The notes: generated by a model from the sequence alone, not told the origin. A stretch of 64,000 bases of DNA from Eledone cirrhosa (GCA_964016885.1 OZ024740.1:175584001-175648000), one strand, 5' to 3'. Shown: positions 26,653 through 40,890, numbered from the stretch's first letter. Made by a program: numbers and translations.

Positions 26653-27012
26653 ATGGTGGATCGGTGCTACACGAGAATGCTGAGGATGGCTCTGAACATT
26701 AATCAGTATACACTGAGAATGAAAAACTCAGAGCTGTATGGAAGCCTCCCAATGGTCAGCTCAAAAGTGACACAGAGTAGACTGAGGTTAGCTGGACATG
26801 CTCACGGACATCCAGAGTTGACACTGCATTCAGTGCTCCTGTGGGAGCCCCTGCATAGACACACTGAAAGAGGAAGACCAAGGTTAACGTATGTTGATGC
26901 CTTAAGGACAGACACTGGACTGTTGGAGACGCAGGACATGGCAGCGATAATGAGGGACAGAGACCGCTGGAGAGAACTCGTCCATGGATCTCGGGAATTT
27001 TACCCGCCCTAG
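26653..27012 (+). pseudogene. RTE-clade LINE ORF C-terminal fragment
   Basis: CYTRMLRMALNI...ELYG...RLRLAGH...LLWEP...GRPRLTYVD; ends at a (TA)n(TG)n tail. Confidence 0.85.
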
Positions 27013-27112
<100 letters not shown>

Positions 27113-27242
27113 TGAGAGAAAGAGAGAGAGAGAGATAAATGACTTGAATACAAGTTAGTTAAGTTAATATAGACATATGGTTAAACACACTCAGAGACAC
27201 ATTCATATATATATATATAATCAGAGAGAGTGGGTGTGTGTG

Positions 27243-27314
<72 letters not shown>

Positions 27315-27587
27315 AAGAGAGAGAGAGAGAGAGAGAGACCAATAGATAAACAGATATATAGATTAAAGCAGTTTCATGTCAAAATTTAAAATATCTGTGA
27401 AGAAATCTTTAATGACAGTTTCCTTTGAAGATCTCTTTAACGATGACCTAAAAATATACATTTGCCTCTGGTAAAGACACTACTTTACAATACGTGTGAT
27501 TAACATTAGTCTGAAATAGTCTCACCTCTTGTTATGGAGTTATTTGATGTTGTTCATTGTCTTTTTTTTTTTTATTAATGTCTTGGT

Positions 27588-27785
27588 TAGGGCGCTGGAT
27601 TGGCAGTATCGATAGAGAGTTGGAGACCATGCTTTGCAGCATAGAGTTACGGTCCTTTACGGTTAACTTTGTCTTTCATCCTTACGGGGTATAAAATAAA
27701 GCACCAATAACGTACTGGGGTCGGTTTAATCGCGTTCACCTCCCCCAAACTTCCTGGCCTTGTGGCTATAATAGAAATCGTTATT
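27588..27785 (+). mobile_element. tRNA-derived SINE with internal deletion
   Basis: Same family as 7623; the B-box segment is missing. Confidence 0.75.
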
Positions 27786-28554
27786 GTTGTCTTAGTTAAT
27801 GGAACATCGGTATGCCGGAGCCCATCACCGTTGCACAGCTTCCATGACTGTTGCGACAGACTGGGTAGCTACAGTAGACATATTCATTTATTTATCTTCT
27901 AATCGGAGGCACCTGGCCCGTTTTCTTAAACAGAGCTAACTTCGCTAACAGCACCCAGGATCTAGGTTTTGGCCTTAAAAATGGCGAGAATTTAGCGTTG
28001 TTTGTTGGCCATTATATAATAGTCTTTCTTTATTTGAACATTTAATAAATCACATGTAGGTATGCAGAGGGGATATTTTTACATTTCATTTGGGTTAAAA
28101 CCTATGAAGCGACATTGACTATTGAATATGTCATATTATATATTTATTTATACATTTACATAAATAAACATTTTATATTACGATGGTAGAATTACAGTGA
28201 GTGTTAGTGATATTTAATTATGCCCCTTTATCGTCTGAATTCAGATGTGCTTTTAATATTTCCTGTATGTATGAACTCGTAACTCCTGGTGGAATCATAA
28301 GAATACCGTAATGACATACGGAATATCTTGGGCATTTTAAACCCGGCAGAGTGCCTCACACTATAGATCTGAACGCAACCGTTTCCCTCCAGGGAGGGAA
28401 GTCAGAAAGCGATATAGAAGAAGTATCGACCTCAAAATCATATAAAATATATGAGGATTTAACCTTATGAATCCTTGAAGCAGTGGGGATGTTTGAAATT
28501 TGAAAATACGGGAGTTTCCATCACAGAAATTCGATTATTATATAAAAGAAATTA

Positions 28555-28745
28555 GGGTGGTGGATTGGCAGTATAAGTAGAGGGTCGGACGCCATGCTTT
28601 TTCAGCATAGTTACGTCCCTTTAGGATCTGAGTTCAAATCCCGCCGAGGTTAACTTTGCCTTTCATCCTTACGGGGTCGATAAAATAAAGTACCAGTAAT
28701 GTACTGGATAATTGCTGGCCTTGTGCCAAATGTAGAAACAATTAT
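28555..28745 (+). mobile_element. tRNA-derived SINE
   Basis: Same family as 7623. Confidence 0.85.
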
Positions 28746-29522
28746 ATAAAAGAAATGAGATAAATTACCCGTGCTTCTGTTGGCTCTTACATATCTAAGG
28801 TTAATTAGGCCAATTTTCTCAAATATCATCTATAGTGATTGATTGTTATTACAGCTATTTTCTGTGTTTGGGATTTTACATTTTCAAATTTAATTTGAGG
28901 ATATATTCATTTAAATTCATTTAAAATACAGACTCAGTGGAAATGTTTTTTAATGGGCGAAATGAATCTACTATATTCAATTTCGTTTTTCTTTGTTCGT
29001 CGTTGAAATTACACTAGAGTCGGCTAAATAAATACTAGTCATGTATTGGTGTCATTTTAATCAACAAGACCACTCCTTCAGCAAATTTGTTGCCTTGTGC
29101 TGATTTAAACAATCGATATAGTCGACAATAGAATTAGTATGAAGTAGAAAACTGAAGCAAACCGTTTAATGATTTTTGTTGTATTTACTTTATGCAAGAT
29201 AGCCATCTTTACCGTTTTCTTCCATCTTCGTTGATTGTATCTTTTATTGATCATGTAGGTAGAATAATTGTTATCTGAGATCTCAACTATGTTTTTATTC
29301 TTGTCACAAATGCAAAGGAACAATTGATTTATAACAATAGGCCACACAAAAGAATGTATTATTTAAAATGTCCCCGACAAACAAGCGTAGATTGCATACT
29401 GTATCTAATATCCCCAAACGCCACATGGTAATTTAAGAACTCAGATACCCTCCACCCTCGATCTAACATTATTTGTTTGATTAAACGGAATTAATGTTCA
29501 GATCGGTTAATGTTATATGTTG

Positions 29523-29749
29523 GTACCAATAAAATTGGTACGATCTGTTCTGGTCGTGCTGTCCGTTAGTACCAATAAAATTGGTACGGTCTGTTGTGAT
29601 CGTGCTGTCCGTTAGTACCAATAAAATTGGTATGGTCTGTTGTGGTCGTGCTGTCCGTTAGTACCAATAAAATTGGTACCGTCTGTTGTGGTCGTGCTGT
29701 CCGTTAGTACCAATAAAATTGGTACGGTCTGGTCGTGCTGTCCGTTAGT
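29523..29749. repeat. 46-bp minisatellite, 5 copies, each with a hairpin
   Basis: Unit gtaccaataaaattggtac ggtctgttgtggtcgtgctgtccgtta. Confidence 0.9.
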
Positions 29750-32700
29750 TTCGATGACATTTGTGCCATATGTTTCAATCAAGCGTTGTCTTTTATTTCT
29801 GATTGGATTAATTTCCCCTCTTTAAGTCTAGCGTCGTCTCGTATCCCGATGTTTTGTCGTCGGCCTCAATTAAGTGTCACATAGGATCTTCGATTACATT
29901 AACCCCTTTTTAGGTCCAGTATCATAATCTAGTTTAGATTGATGTCGTTTGCACATTTTAGCCAAGTGTTGTCTAATATCCTAGACTGAATGGTCCTTAA
30001 CGGCAAGAATTTTAGTTCATAAAAGCCTATCATCCTTTGTATTGGAAGTATTATAAAAGTCTACTCTTTATAAGTACATACTTCAATACAAAGTGTTTTA
30101 CATTGAGATTTTTTCTGGCCAAAACTCAACGTTTGACAGCTGCGTCTGTAAGAATATATGCAGCTTATTTGCCAGCGAATTAAGAGGCATAAAAATATTT
30201 GTTAATACCACAGTGCTACTACTGCTTACACAAATGAACAATATCACCCTATTTACAGTTAGATGGACTGTACTTCAATGTGGTACCTACTTACATCAGT
30301 GAACAATATCACTCTTATGTGTTGCTTTTGATGTTTTATATCTTCACCATGTGCTTGGAGTATAATATCATTGATTCAGTGATGCAAAATATTTTTTTTC
30401 AGTATGTTTTTTATTCATTCACTTCAGCAAATTAATAAAACTAAACTGATGTTGTTGTTGATAAGACTAAGATCATCTCTGATCAAGTATAACTATGTAT
30501 TAACAATTAAGTAAAATAAGCACATTCTTAGAGCATCAAGGAAAGAGTGGTAACATATCATTTAAATTAAATGTATTTAACATCGTCCCAAATTTTGTTT
30601 TGCAGACTTTATATATGGGAGGCCCCTTAATCTTTTAAGTGTTTAGGGTCTCAAAATAACAACTTGGGTCTGGATCATATGCATTTTAACAGTGACTATC
30701 CTGTCATTGATTCTTTTTTCAAATATTGTGTATCGTGGGCTACATGATCCTTCCTTTTTCAAGATTGGAATGATAGAGACGAACTTAATCTGTAAGCAGA
30801 AATGAAGTAAAACAATGATAAATTTTAAGGATTATTTTATCGCCTGGATTATCCTATAACTGTCATTAATAGACTAAAAATGACAGCCAAATCTCACCGA
30901 GATCACGGCCTATCATTTTAAAGACAGAGAGAAGGAATATATTGGATAACATGGTTCTGTGTTATGATAAAAGACGGATGATCACGATTGGAGGGCTTTT
31001 GATGTTACATTCGTTCGTTCGATAGATCCTTATCTGGACCAAACGACAGCAGCACCAATATCAACAAAAACAAAAAAATCAACGACGACACCTACAACGA
31101 CGGCAACAATAGTAACATCATTCTTTGAACCGGGACGCAAACTTAAACGATAACTTGACCATAGGGTTATTTTCCTTATTTATTTGTTTCTGTGTTGTTG
31201 TTGTTGTTAGTGGTGGTGGTGGTGGTGGTGGTGGTGGTGGTGGTGATGTTGCAGAGTTGGCTGAAAGGTAAAGAAATTCTTGTCGAAATCATTAGGCTCC
31301 GGGTTCTATCCATGTTATCTTAATCAATATTGTTTTTACCATAGCTTCGGGCCGATCCAAGTTTGGAATAAATTTAGGTAGATGGAAACTGTATGGAAGA
31401 GCCGTTGGGTGGACTGTATCTGTAATTCAAAGGTTTAACCTTGTCATATATTGTGTCACACAGATTCGGCAAGGGCCTTACTCTAAGGGTGCATGTGACT
31501 TCGGCATACTCAGTCAATCATACGTTCAAATAATCGAATAACTGAATGCTTTATCACCGAAACCGACGGAGGATCCTTTCCTCTCTGTCGCTGCTGCAGT
31601 TCTTGTTGTTGCTGCTGATGCTGTTGTTGTTGCAGCAGCTGCTGCAACTGTTGCTGCTACTGTTGTTGCTATTTCTGCTGATGTTGTGCTGATGCTGTTG
31701 TGGTCGTTGCTGGTTCTGCTATTTTTGGTATTGCTGCTGATGCTGTTGTTAGAGTTGCTGTTCCTGCTGTGGTTTTTGCTGGCTGTTGTTGTTATTGTTG
31801 TTGTTGTTGGCGCTTCAATCAACTCAGTTAATTTAACATATCACTGAATCGATTCGAGAGAAAAATATGTTTGCTGTCGGCTTTGCAACTCTTTTTATCT
31901 CTGTTTATTTGTTTGTTAGTTTCTTTCCTTCCTTTTTCACCTTCCTTCTTCCTGCTTTCATTTTTCATTCTTTCATTTTTTCTTTTTCTCCTTCTTTTCT
32001 TTCTTTCATTTTTTTTCTCCTTTTCTTTCCTACTTCTTTTTCATTCATTCTTTCTTTCTCTTTCTTTTTTGCTTCCATTTTTTGTCATGTCCTCCCCACT
32101 TCTTTCTTTAAACTCCTCCCTCATCGCCATACCATCATTGTCATCTCGTGGAATAAAAGACCTGCTTTATCACAAGACCTGTCACCATAACCAGTCACCA
32201 TTCATTCACAAACAGACACACAGACCAAGGAGAACAACTACAATACTGCAGCAGATAGATAATTAAAACAAATAGACCCAATTGAAAGACTCGCTGCACT
32301 AGCTACCGGATATCCGGTATTTCAAACATTTCAGCTACTTTAAAAATGTATGCATACTTTATAACAATCATTAGTGTAGTTATTATGATTAATATTATTA
32401 TTGTCTGTGGTGTACTCAGAATTACCCCTTTGTGATTCCCCATCTATTTGTGGTTGGTGGTCCTTTCTTGTTTTATATTATAGTTGCTATGTATTGTTAT
32501 CTATTTAATATGTATTTATTGTTGATATCATACATGTGCCCGATGTGAATCCGCCCCACTGTTTTTCAATGTGTTGTTTTCTTTTGTATTTCGACTTTGT
32601 ATGTACTGTCCCCAACATATTTGTCAATGACAAGTTTGGAAAAGGGGAATTTTATTTACATAAATATTTCACACAATAAACAAGAAGAGAGAAACAATCG

Positions 32701-33482
32701 AATAATGAAAAGAAAACAATTAGAAAAGAAAGAAAAAGTGTGAAAGGGAGAGCCAGACTCTACACCACTGACTATGTGGTATATCTCAGCCGCTCACCAC
32801 GGAAAAGATGGCGAAAATATTACAAAAGGGAACACCCACAGCATCAACCATTCCACCTCAAGGAACTTTTCTTTCAGGTGGTATGCACTCTTCCCGATTT
32901 TACAGAGGAAAACGGCCGTCTGGGCACCGAGAATCCCGGAAGTCTCGACGGCACCAAAAGGAAGCGGTCGAATAAGTTCTGGTATTTGGATATCTTTAGC
33001 TCCTCTGCATTACAGGGGCAGTACGCGAAGCGATAAGGTTGGAACCGGAGAACGTGTCAATGGCAACTCAGATTAGAGAGTGACCACCCCTTGAACGGGA
33101 AAAGTGTTATCCCATTTGGACACTTATCGTCAGCGCGGTCGAGGCCGGCAGGCCCCTGTTTTGATGAGAATCCGACTGTCAAGGCCCTGAAAGAAATTAT
33201 TTGTTTTGTATAATTATCATGATTATTGATTACAATTATTGTCATTGTTATATCTAATGTTTCCTCTTGTTGATATCCCTTTCCCTTTACTCGATTTAAA
33301 CCTTAAGCTTCTCTGTTTTTCTTTTTCCTTTCGCCCGTGTATTGTCATCAACATATTGGGCCTTTGAGGGAAATAAAAAAGTCATCATCATCATCATCAA
33401 CATCAACATCGACATCATCGGCATTGTCATCATCATCACTATCGTATTATTATTATTACCATCATTATTAATATTTTTGGAT

Positions 33483-33924
33483 AGGGCGGTGGATTGGCAG
33501 TATCGGTAGAGCGTCGGACATCATACTTTGAAGCAAAGAGTTACGTCCCTTGCCATTCTGAGTTCAAATCCCGCCGAGGTTAACTTTGCCTTTCATCCTT
33601 ACGGGTTCGATAAAATAAAGTACCAGTAATAATCTTGGATAATAACTGGCCTTGTGCCAAAAGTAGAAACAATTATTACTATCATTATTAATATTTTTGG
33701 ATAGAGCGGTGGATTGGCAGTATTGGTAGAGGATCCGACACCATGCTTTGCAGCATAGAGTTACGGCCCTTTATGACCTGGGTTCAAATTCCGCCGAGGT
33801 TAATTTTGCCTTTCATCCTTACGGGGTTGATAAAATAAAGTACCAGTCACGCACTGCAGTCGATTTAATCGACTTTCCCCTCCACCAAAAATTGCTGGCC
33901 TTGTGCATATAAAAGAAATCATTA
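33483..33924 (+). mobile_element. Tandem pair of tRNA-derived SINEs
   Basis: Copies at ~33483-33676 and ~33703-33924, each preceded by atcattattaatatttttggatag. Confidence 0.85.
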
Positions 33925-34739
33925 TTAATATTTTTCGTCTCCTTCGCTCTAGACATGTTTGTTGTACTTATTACTACAAACTGTTAATAAGGTGCCGTAC
34001 ATTGCCCACGAGAAATGTGACCCCTTAATATAACGGATCTTCGGCGAAAATATTGTAATTTTAAAAAAATCATTACGCTAATATTTTTCTATGGAGCCCC
34101 CCCCCCCCCCCCCCCCCCCCCCTCACACAGCACACAGATTAGTACAAATTAGTTCGCACGTGCAAACCATGACTCATGATTTTACCAAAAGTCAAAAAAG
34201 CAACAACAAAAATGTTACCACCAAAACCACTACTGTCACCACTACACATTCAACCACCAAGGCTGTCACCGTCGACAACAACAGCAGCAACAATAACAAC
34301 AGCGGCAAAAAGGCTAACACTAACAATAGCAACAAAAACAGCAGCAAGAGTAACAATAACAACAGCAATAAGTGCGAAAATGTAACAAGAACGTAGGTTC
34401 AAAGCAAACTGGGATGATCTCCGACAACACGAAGAAGATCCCTCCCACACGGTCACCTCTTTTGAGGGGGCGACAAAACAAATATTGATTAATAAAAAAG
34501 GATATATCATTGGGTTTTGAGAGATGTTTTGAAGCTAAAGGTGTCAGCCATTGTTCCATCTCCCCTAGTAGATTATCGCTGTGGTCTGGGGCTGGTTATT
34601 CATGCAGCAGGAACCCGCTAATATTGCAGCTAGCCATGATATCTAGTGGCTGTATCGCTGTCCGCCACATCCAACCCGTCCCATAGCATAACAAGGTGTC
34701 CTGGATCTCTGGAAAGGCAGCTAAGCAATGACAATCGGG

Positions 34740-35310
34740 AGTCGTATTTTCAACTTTCAAAAAGGTAGACAGGGGAGATTGCTACAACCAGGGAGGGAAC
34801 TCCTTGCTATGACTCCCCGGTAAAGTCTATGCTGAATGTATTGCAAAGAGGTGTAGGGAGATTGTCGAGACCGCGGTAGCTGATGAACAGTGTGGTTTCC
34901 GTCCTGGACGCAGCACAGCCGGCAAACGTATCTATACCACGGCAGGTCTTTGGGAAATATTGGATTACTACTTAGAGGTGTATGCTTGCTTCGGTAGATC
35001 GCAAAAGCCATACTGCTGCGCTCCACGGGACCTGCTGTAACAGATTCTGCAGGGATATAGTATTGAGGGAGAGCTTCTTGTTGATATCTATATAGGAATG
35101 CCCTATTTTTTTCCGGATAAATGATGCTAAATCGAAACCATTCAATGTGGGAGTCGGACTCCATCAAAGGTGTGTTACTGTCACTTCTCTTATTCTAATC
35201 TTCATGAACAGGATTGACATGCCCAGCCGCGCTGGAAGTGGTATCACGACTGGCGGGTGTATGGTATAGTATCAGTCGGCTGGAATTTGCAGACGACATG
35301 GTATTACACA
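34740..35310 (+). pseudogene. Degenerate RTE-like LINE reverse transcriptase fragment
   Basis: Remnants read PGKVYA, DEQCGFRPGRS and LEFADDMVL across frameshifts. Confidence 0.75.
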
Positions 35311-36939
35311 ACTCGCCAGAAGCTCATCTCTTTCTGATACTGTTACTGCTGATGTTGGTGCTTGGTTCTGATGTTGGTGCGTTCATTTTGGCCGCCATTG
35401 TTTTGTTGACCTTCCCAGGTAATTTTTTGTTGGCAGGAAAGGGGGGGGGACTTGTCTCCTTCTTCTGTACTTTGATTACAGAATTCCTTTGACTCTATTT
35501 TCTCATTCATACCTCCTGGAATCAATGTATTTAGCAAAATAATCTATTGCCTTAGAAATGCTTACAAAGGTATTGTTAAACATTCTCAGTCTTGTAAATG
35601 TTACTCTATTATTAATATTTCAAAAGCAATATTGCAAGAAAACTTTTCTTTGGTTTTATATATTTTAACACTAAACCTAATGTCACTTCTTTTACATAAG
35701 TCAAGTGACTGATCATACGCTAGAAAAAAATAATGTAACCTATAATTTCTTTTCTTTGTCGATGTGCTACGAGAAATATCTATTTCTGAGAAACATCTGG
35801 AAATAATAACAGAATTAATAACAGCGTTTCCGTTGACTTAGGGGTGGCCTTTCGCCAGATTGATAGTTGAATGTGAAAAACCTGCTTTCCAGATTAAAAA
35901 AAATATCCCCAATTTCCAGTTTGTGTTGCAAATAGATTGATATTAATAAATATGTATCATACGAAATAGCAGGCAAATTTCATTAAAGTCACTCCTGTCA
36001 AGGAAGTTATTCTTCAATTCCAACAGACCATATTTATCATGAAATTTCACATAGCGTTGCTGATCCTGCATGCTGTACAAAAACACGTTGTGTAATTGAA
36101 CCGTTACATGAACAAATGTCTCTTAACATTAGGACTATGTGACAAGCTTACAATACCGCTGGAAATAGCAGTCACAAGACCGTCATTAAGATGTTTAAGT
36201 ATTAGAGACAAATTAATATTTAATTATTCTTTTAGCTGCTCCTGATTTGTTGATCTTGATAAATATATATAGAAAAGGGGGTGGAAATTATGCGCTGGCT
36301 GAGTGTGTCAACAGAAAGTTGAGGCGAAAATGCTTATTATAGATTGTGATGTCAAGTATTTGTAGAAACCCTGGGAGTACAATGTTGTGCTATTTATGAC
36401 TGGACAGAAAGAAGCATAAAATTGTTTCTTTGATATGTACAATTGTATATTCAAGCTGCTGAAACTAACAGCATTGATAAATCTCCATTGGTGAATATGT
36501 TCAATGTTTCCTTTTTACGGAGGTTGAGCAGGTTCTATTTGAACTATGAAGGTTGTATGTTTGTGTACGGAAGCTTTATGAATTGGGTGAAGATTAATAT
36601 CATCCGCAGAGGAATAATTGCTATTAGAGGTAACAGGAATCTGTTTCTTAATTAACACCAGAAAGGGTGTTGCAGCTGTTACAGAATGTTTACAGAATCT
36701 ACAGTGGTAGAATGGGAATCAATGAAAACCTCATCAACACCTTTTAATGTGGTGCTATCTGACAGAACTCTTCCAATCTAACAGCTTAGTAAGTAGATTA
36801 TTGTACCAGGCACGGTTAATTATTTGCTAACGTTAACTGTAACAACATTATTTATGTTTTCTATGACAACGTCAATGCCTTGATAGGACTGCTATAGGAG
36901 AGCAGCCATCAGTAATACTAAATTTAACGAAGCTGTACA

Positions 36940-37139
36940 NNNNNNNNNNNNNNNNNNNNNNNNNNNNNNNNNNNNNNNNNNNNNNNNNNNNNNNNNNNNN
37001 NNNNNNNNNNNNNNNNNNNNNNNNNNNNNNNNNNNNNNNNNNNNNNNNNNNNNNNNNNNNNNNNNNNNNNNNNNNNNNNNNNNNNNNNNNNNNNNNNNNN
37101 NNNNNNNNNNNNNNNNNNNNNNNNNNNNNNNNNNNNNNN
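36940..37139. other. Assembly gap (200 N)
   Basis: Run of n. Confidence 1.
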
Positions 37140-38172
37140 GAAAGATTTTAGCTAATGGTGTTGCCACCTCCATATTATATGGTGGGTTATATCGGAATCT
37201 ATTTTCCCTAGCTCTATGCTTATACTTAGTATATGCTACCTTATCGACAAATCCACTCCGAGCAAGAGCTTCATTGTAATATGTGGAATGGTCGATGAAA
37301 ATATGCTCGTTTGTATATAGACGGGAAAGCCTCAAAGAAACTTTCTTACCAGGTTCTTGGTTATCCTGGCAGGATGGCTGGAATGCTTACTGATGTAATT
37401 AAGCGTATCATCTGGCTTTCTATATGGGTAGTGCAAGCCATTCGACAAATTGAGGGTAACGTCGAGTTAGTTTACGACCGAAAAGTTGGACTCAACTTGT
37501 ATGGAGAGGTTGAAGCCTTTCAAAAAAGCTGTCGCAAGCGTGTGGACCGCACTTTGTCATGTTCAAAAGACCGTCATCGCGGTATATACTACCACCCACA
37601 TTAGGGAATTCATCCCTGATACAGAAAAGAAGGAAAAGGCCGATAAGATCTGTAACCTCCGCCGAATCTCTGGAGCACATACTCACATCGAATGGGGTAA
37701 TATTAGATTTTATTAATCCAAATATAGTCGTCGAAATTAATCACCGACTTACGGGCATTGAGAATGACATCCACTTCGAAATCCTTAACCACCGTGAGCG
37801 TTTTAGCGAAATTGATAGCTCTAACAAGAAGTGGTAAAGTGATGGCGGAGTAGTAGTTATTGATGTCTAATTGGATAAAACGGCAATGTTTCTTCTTTCT
37901 TATGCCATTGAACCAATCAATCACAGCGGAAGAATTATTCCACAGTGCTATAGGGGCCAAGCTTCTAATTTCAGGTATAATTCTACCTAAAATCCTTTTA
38001 CTAAGTCTACCTAAATCAGACTTCGTATGGTTAATTAGGGGAGAAATAGGGTCCAGAGTTTAGGTCCGGTCTTGGATGTTAAGTTCTGAAGTGATTTTAA
38101 ACCCAGAATCGTTAATGTCATTAATGATATTCCGATCGGATTTCCGGTAATCCTCGGTTATAGCATTATGAG
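37140..38172 (-). pseudogene. Naiad-type Penelope-like RT fragment (frameshifted)
   Basis: FIQLDINNYYSAIT, SRDSAEVTDLIG, IYRDDGL and YNPPYN, collinear with the 49790 ORF. Confidence 0.9.
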
Positions 38173-38515
38173 AACATAGATATTAGAGAACATAGAAATA
38201 AAAATAGAATCTACACACAGAAAAGACGCAATGTTTAGACAAATCACAGAGGCAATAAACGTAAATGAACTCCAACCAAAATTAAATAGAAAACATGAAT
38301 CGAACAGCAACATCACAACTTATAATTAAGGACAAAATGAAAACACACACACACATAGAACAAACAACCAACCAGTAACATGTAAATAAACAAATAAAAA
38401 CACACACAGACACCCAGATGTAACACATGCGCAAACTAAGCACACAATACACACAAAAACAAGATGGCGTAGGACAGAACACAGGAGAGGCACAAAACAA
38501 AGAAAAGAATCCCCA

Positions 38516-38558
38516 GTCACTGAAGAGGTCACAGAATGTGTGACGAAAGAACTTTGAC
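38516..38558 (+). ncRNA. Type I hammerhead ribozyme (family D)
   Basis: gtca CTGAAGA g gtcac agaatgt gtgac GAAA gaac TT tgac; lies in an A/C-rich tail ending at (TA)n ~38766. Confidence 0.75.
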
Positions 38559-38762
38559 AATATATGAACAAACATCCGGTTATGGAACCAACCAACCGGA
38601 AATTTATAAATTCTTAAATTTATAAATTTAATTTATAATAAATTGGAGTGAAAGCAACTGGTGCGTGTGTTTCTTATTAGCAACATGACCCTCCCAAAGT
38701 ATAACAATATCGGTTTAAACACAGGTTTTCAGATAAAGAATCTTGCTAAACAAATTCAGAAA

Positions 38763-38848
<86 letters not shown>

Positions 38849-38851
<3 letters not shown>

Positions 38852-38994
38852 AACAAGTATGACCCCGACGGCAGAGCTTAAAACAGACCTCTGCCGTCGG
38901 GGTCATACTTGTTCCTATTACCCACTCTACTACCCTAAGTAATGTGTACTTTGGTGCGTTATGGTCCATCTGGTTCCCTACCACAATTCCTTCG

Positions 38995-39034
<40 letters not shown>

Positions 39035-39151
39035 ATATATATATATATTTGTGTGTGTATATATATATATTTATATATATATATGTGTGTGTGTATATAT
39101 ATATACACATATATATATATATGTATATATGTAAATGTGTATATATATATA

Positions 39152-39185
<34 letters not shown>

Positions 39186-39333
39186 CATAGCGAGGGAAAA
39201 GTGGTAAGGAAGCAGGTGGACCATAACGCACCAAAGTACTCAATACTTAGGGTAGTAGAGTGGGTAATAGGAGTAAGTAAAAATTAGCCGTCGAAACGGC
39301 TTGAGCTCAGCCGTCGGGGTCTTACTTACTCCC
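38849..39333. mobile_element. Two fold-back fragments of the half-hammerhead family separated by TA/TG repeats
   Basis: 38849-38996 and 39190-39333, each with an internal inversion in the HHR stem III region. Confidence 0.65.
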
Positions 39334-39354
39334 ATATATATACATATATATATA

Positions 39355-39388
<34 letters not shown>

Positions 39389-39544
39389 CGCACGTACACA
39401 TGCACATACAAATACTCATGCACACATATATGATGTACGTAGCCTGAACATTATTGAAGTTGATATATCTATTTCGGCCATGCTCCATCCAATAACATCT
39501 TCAACTGATAGTTGAATGACGACTTAATGATGTTTTCGCGTTTG

Positions 39545-39890
39545 TTCATTGGCTTATTTCGTAATATGCGCCGCAAGCTTATTTGCTGATTAGCTAATTT
39601 TGTAACGTAGTTGATTGTTAATTTGATAACTTTGTAATGTGCTCAACATATTCATTATTGATTCATTAATTTCGTAAAGTCTTCAGCATGCTTCTTTGCT
39701 GCTAGGCTAATTTCGTAATATGTTCATCATGCTGATTCCTAGTTGGCTACACTTGTGATATATTATACAACGTCATTTTTCATTGGCTACTTTTATAATG
39801 GGTTTCCTATATTGAATGATGATTGGCTATCCTCTCAATATATTCCCTGCAAATTTTTTGTCGATTTGTTAATTTCATAATGCAGTTATC
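39545..39890. repeat. Degenerate ~39-40 bp minisatellite
   Basis: Recurring ttggctaatttcgtaatatg-like core, about 9 times. Confidence 0.55.
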
Positions 39891-40243
39891 ATGTTCATTG
39901 TTAGTGTTCGTTAGGATACATTAATACAAATGGCTGATAATTTACATAAATTAATATACATAAGCTCTGTATGTTAAATGTTGATTGATTACTGTTAATT
40001 GCCTACTCATGTACTTGATGACCAGCTACTCAGTAAAAAGGAAAATTGACGAGCTAACGATAGAGCCTTTACGTGATCACTTGACTTTTAAGAGATACTA
40101 GCAGAATGGGCCGGCGTTACTCGAGATTTGCTCTAAGGTTCTTATATATTTGATATATATTTATCCTTATCGAGCCTCGTCAAATAAATACGTTTGTTTA
40201 TATTTTGTTATTGTGTATGCAAAAATATCTGTACATGAATATA

Positions 40244-40295
<52 letters not shown>

Positions 40296-40299
<4 letters not shown>

Positions 40300-40714
40300 T
40301 AATGAAATGACAGGAGGCTGGATTTGTGTAAATCCTTGAAAGGTTTATTATACTATGATCATTTCAATGACCGGGTTCCGTATGAATCCGGTGATATCAT
40401 CAGGTATTCGAAATATAATACGTGAATGTAATAGATAAAATCCATGGGGCTGAAAATCGAGGACCCGAGGGCGACCGCTATTCTGTTCCTTCAACCTCAG
40501 GGCGACCGGCTGAGGTTGAAGGAACAGAATAGCGGTCGCCCTCGGGTCCTCGATTTTCAGCCCCATGGATTTTATCTATTACATTCACGTATTATATTTC
40601 GAATACCTGATGATATCACCGGATTCATAGGGAACCCGGTCATTGAAATGATCATAGTATAATAAACCTTTCAAGGATTTACACAAATCCAGCCTCCTGT
40701 CATTTCATTATAAT
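40296..40714. mobile_element. Palindrome with 205-bp arms and a hammerhead on each strand
   Basis: Arms 40296-40500 and 40510-40714 with one mismatch seen; HHR atac CTGATGA tat C accgg..ccggt C att GAAA tgatca TA gtat AATAAA at 40603-40660 (+) and 40350-40407 (-). Confidence 0.9.
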
Positions 40715-40890
40715 ATTTAACTCCGTAGTAGCACCACCAACTACAAAAACAAAGACGGTTGAACTGCCTTACGTTGAGTACTCTCTATATTATTGCATTA
40801 CGATTGACCATACGGAATAGACCAGCTCTATACAGTGGTGAACCTCAAACCTGAATATATATATATATATATATTAAAATAACAGATTAA

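Noticed and set aside
29523-29749. CRISPR-like array of palindromic repeats
   Set aside because: Intervening sequences are near-identical rather than unique spacers; no cas genes; eukaryotic context
40348-40662. Matching 72-aa ORFs on both strands
   Set aside because: Direct consequence of the palindrome
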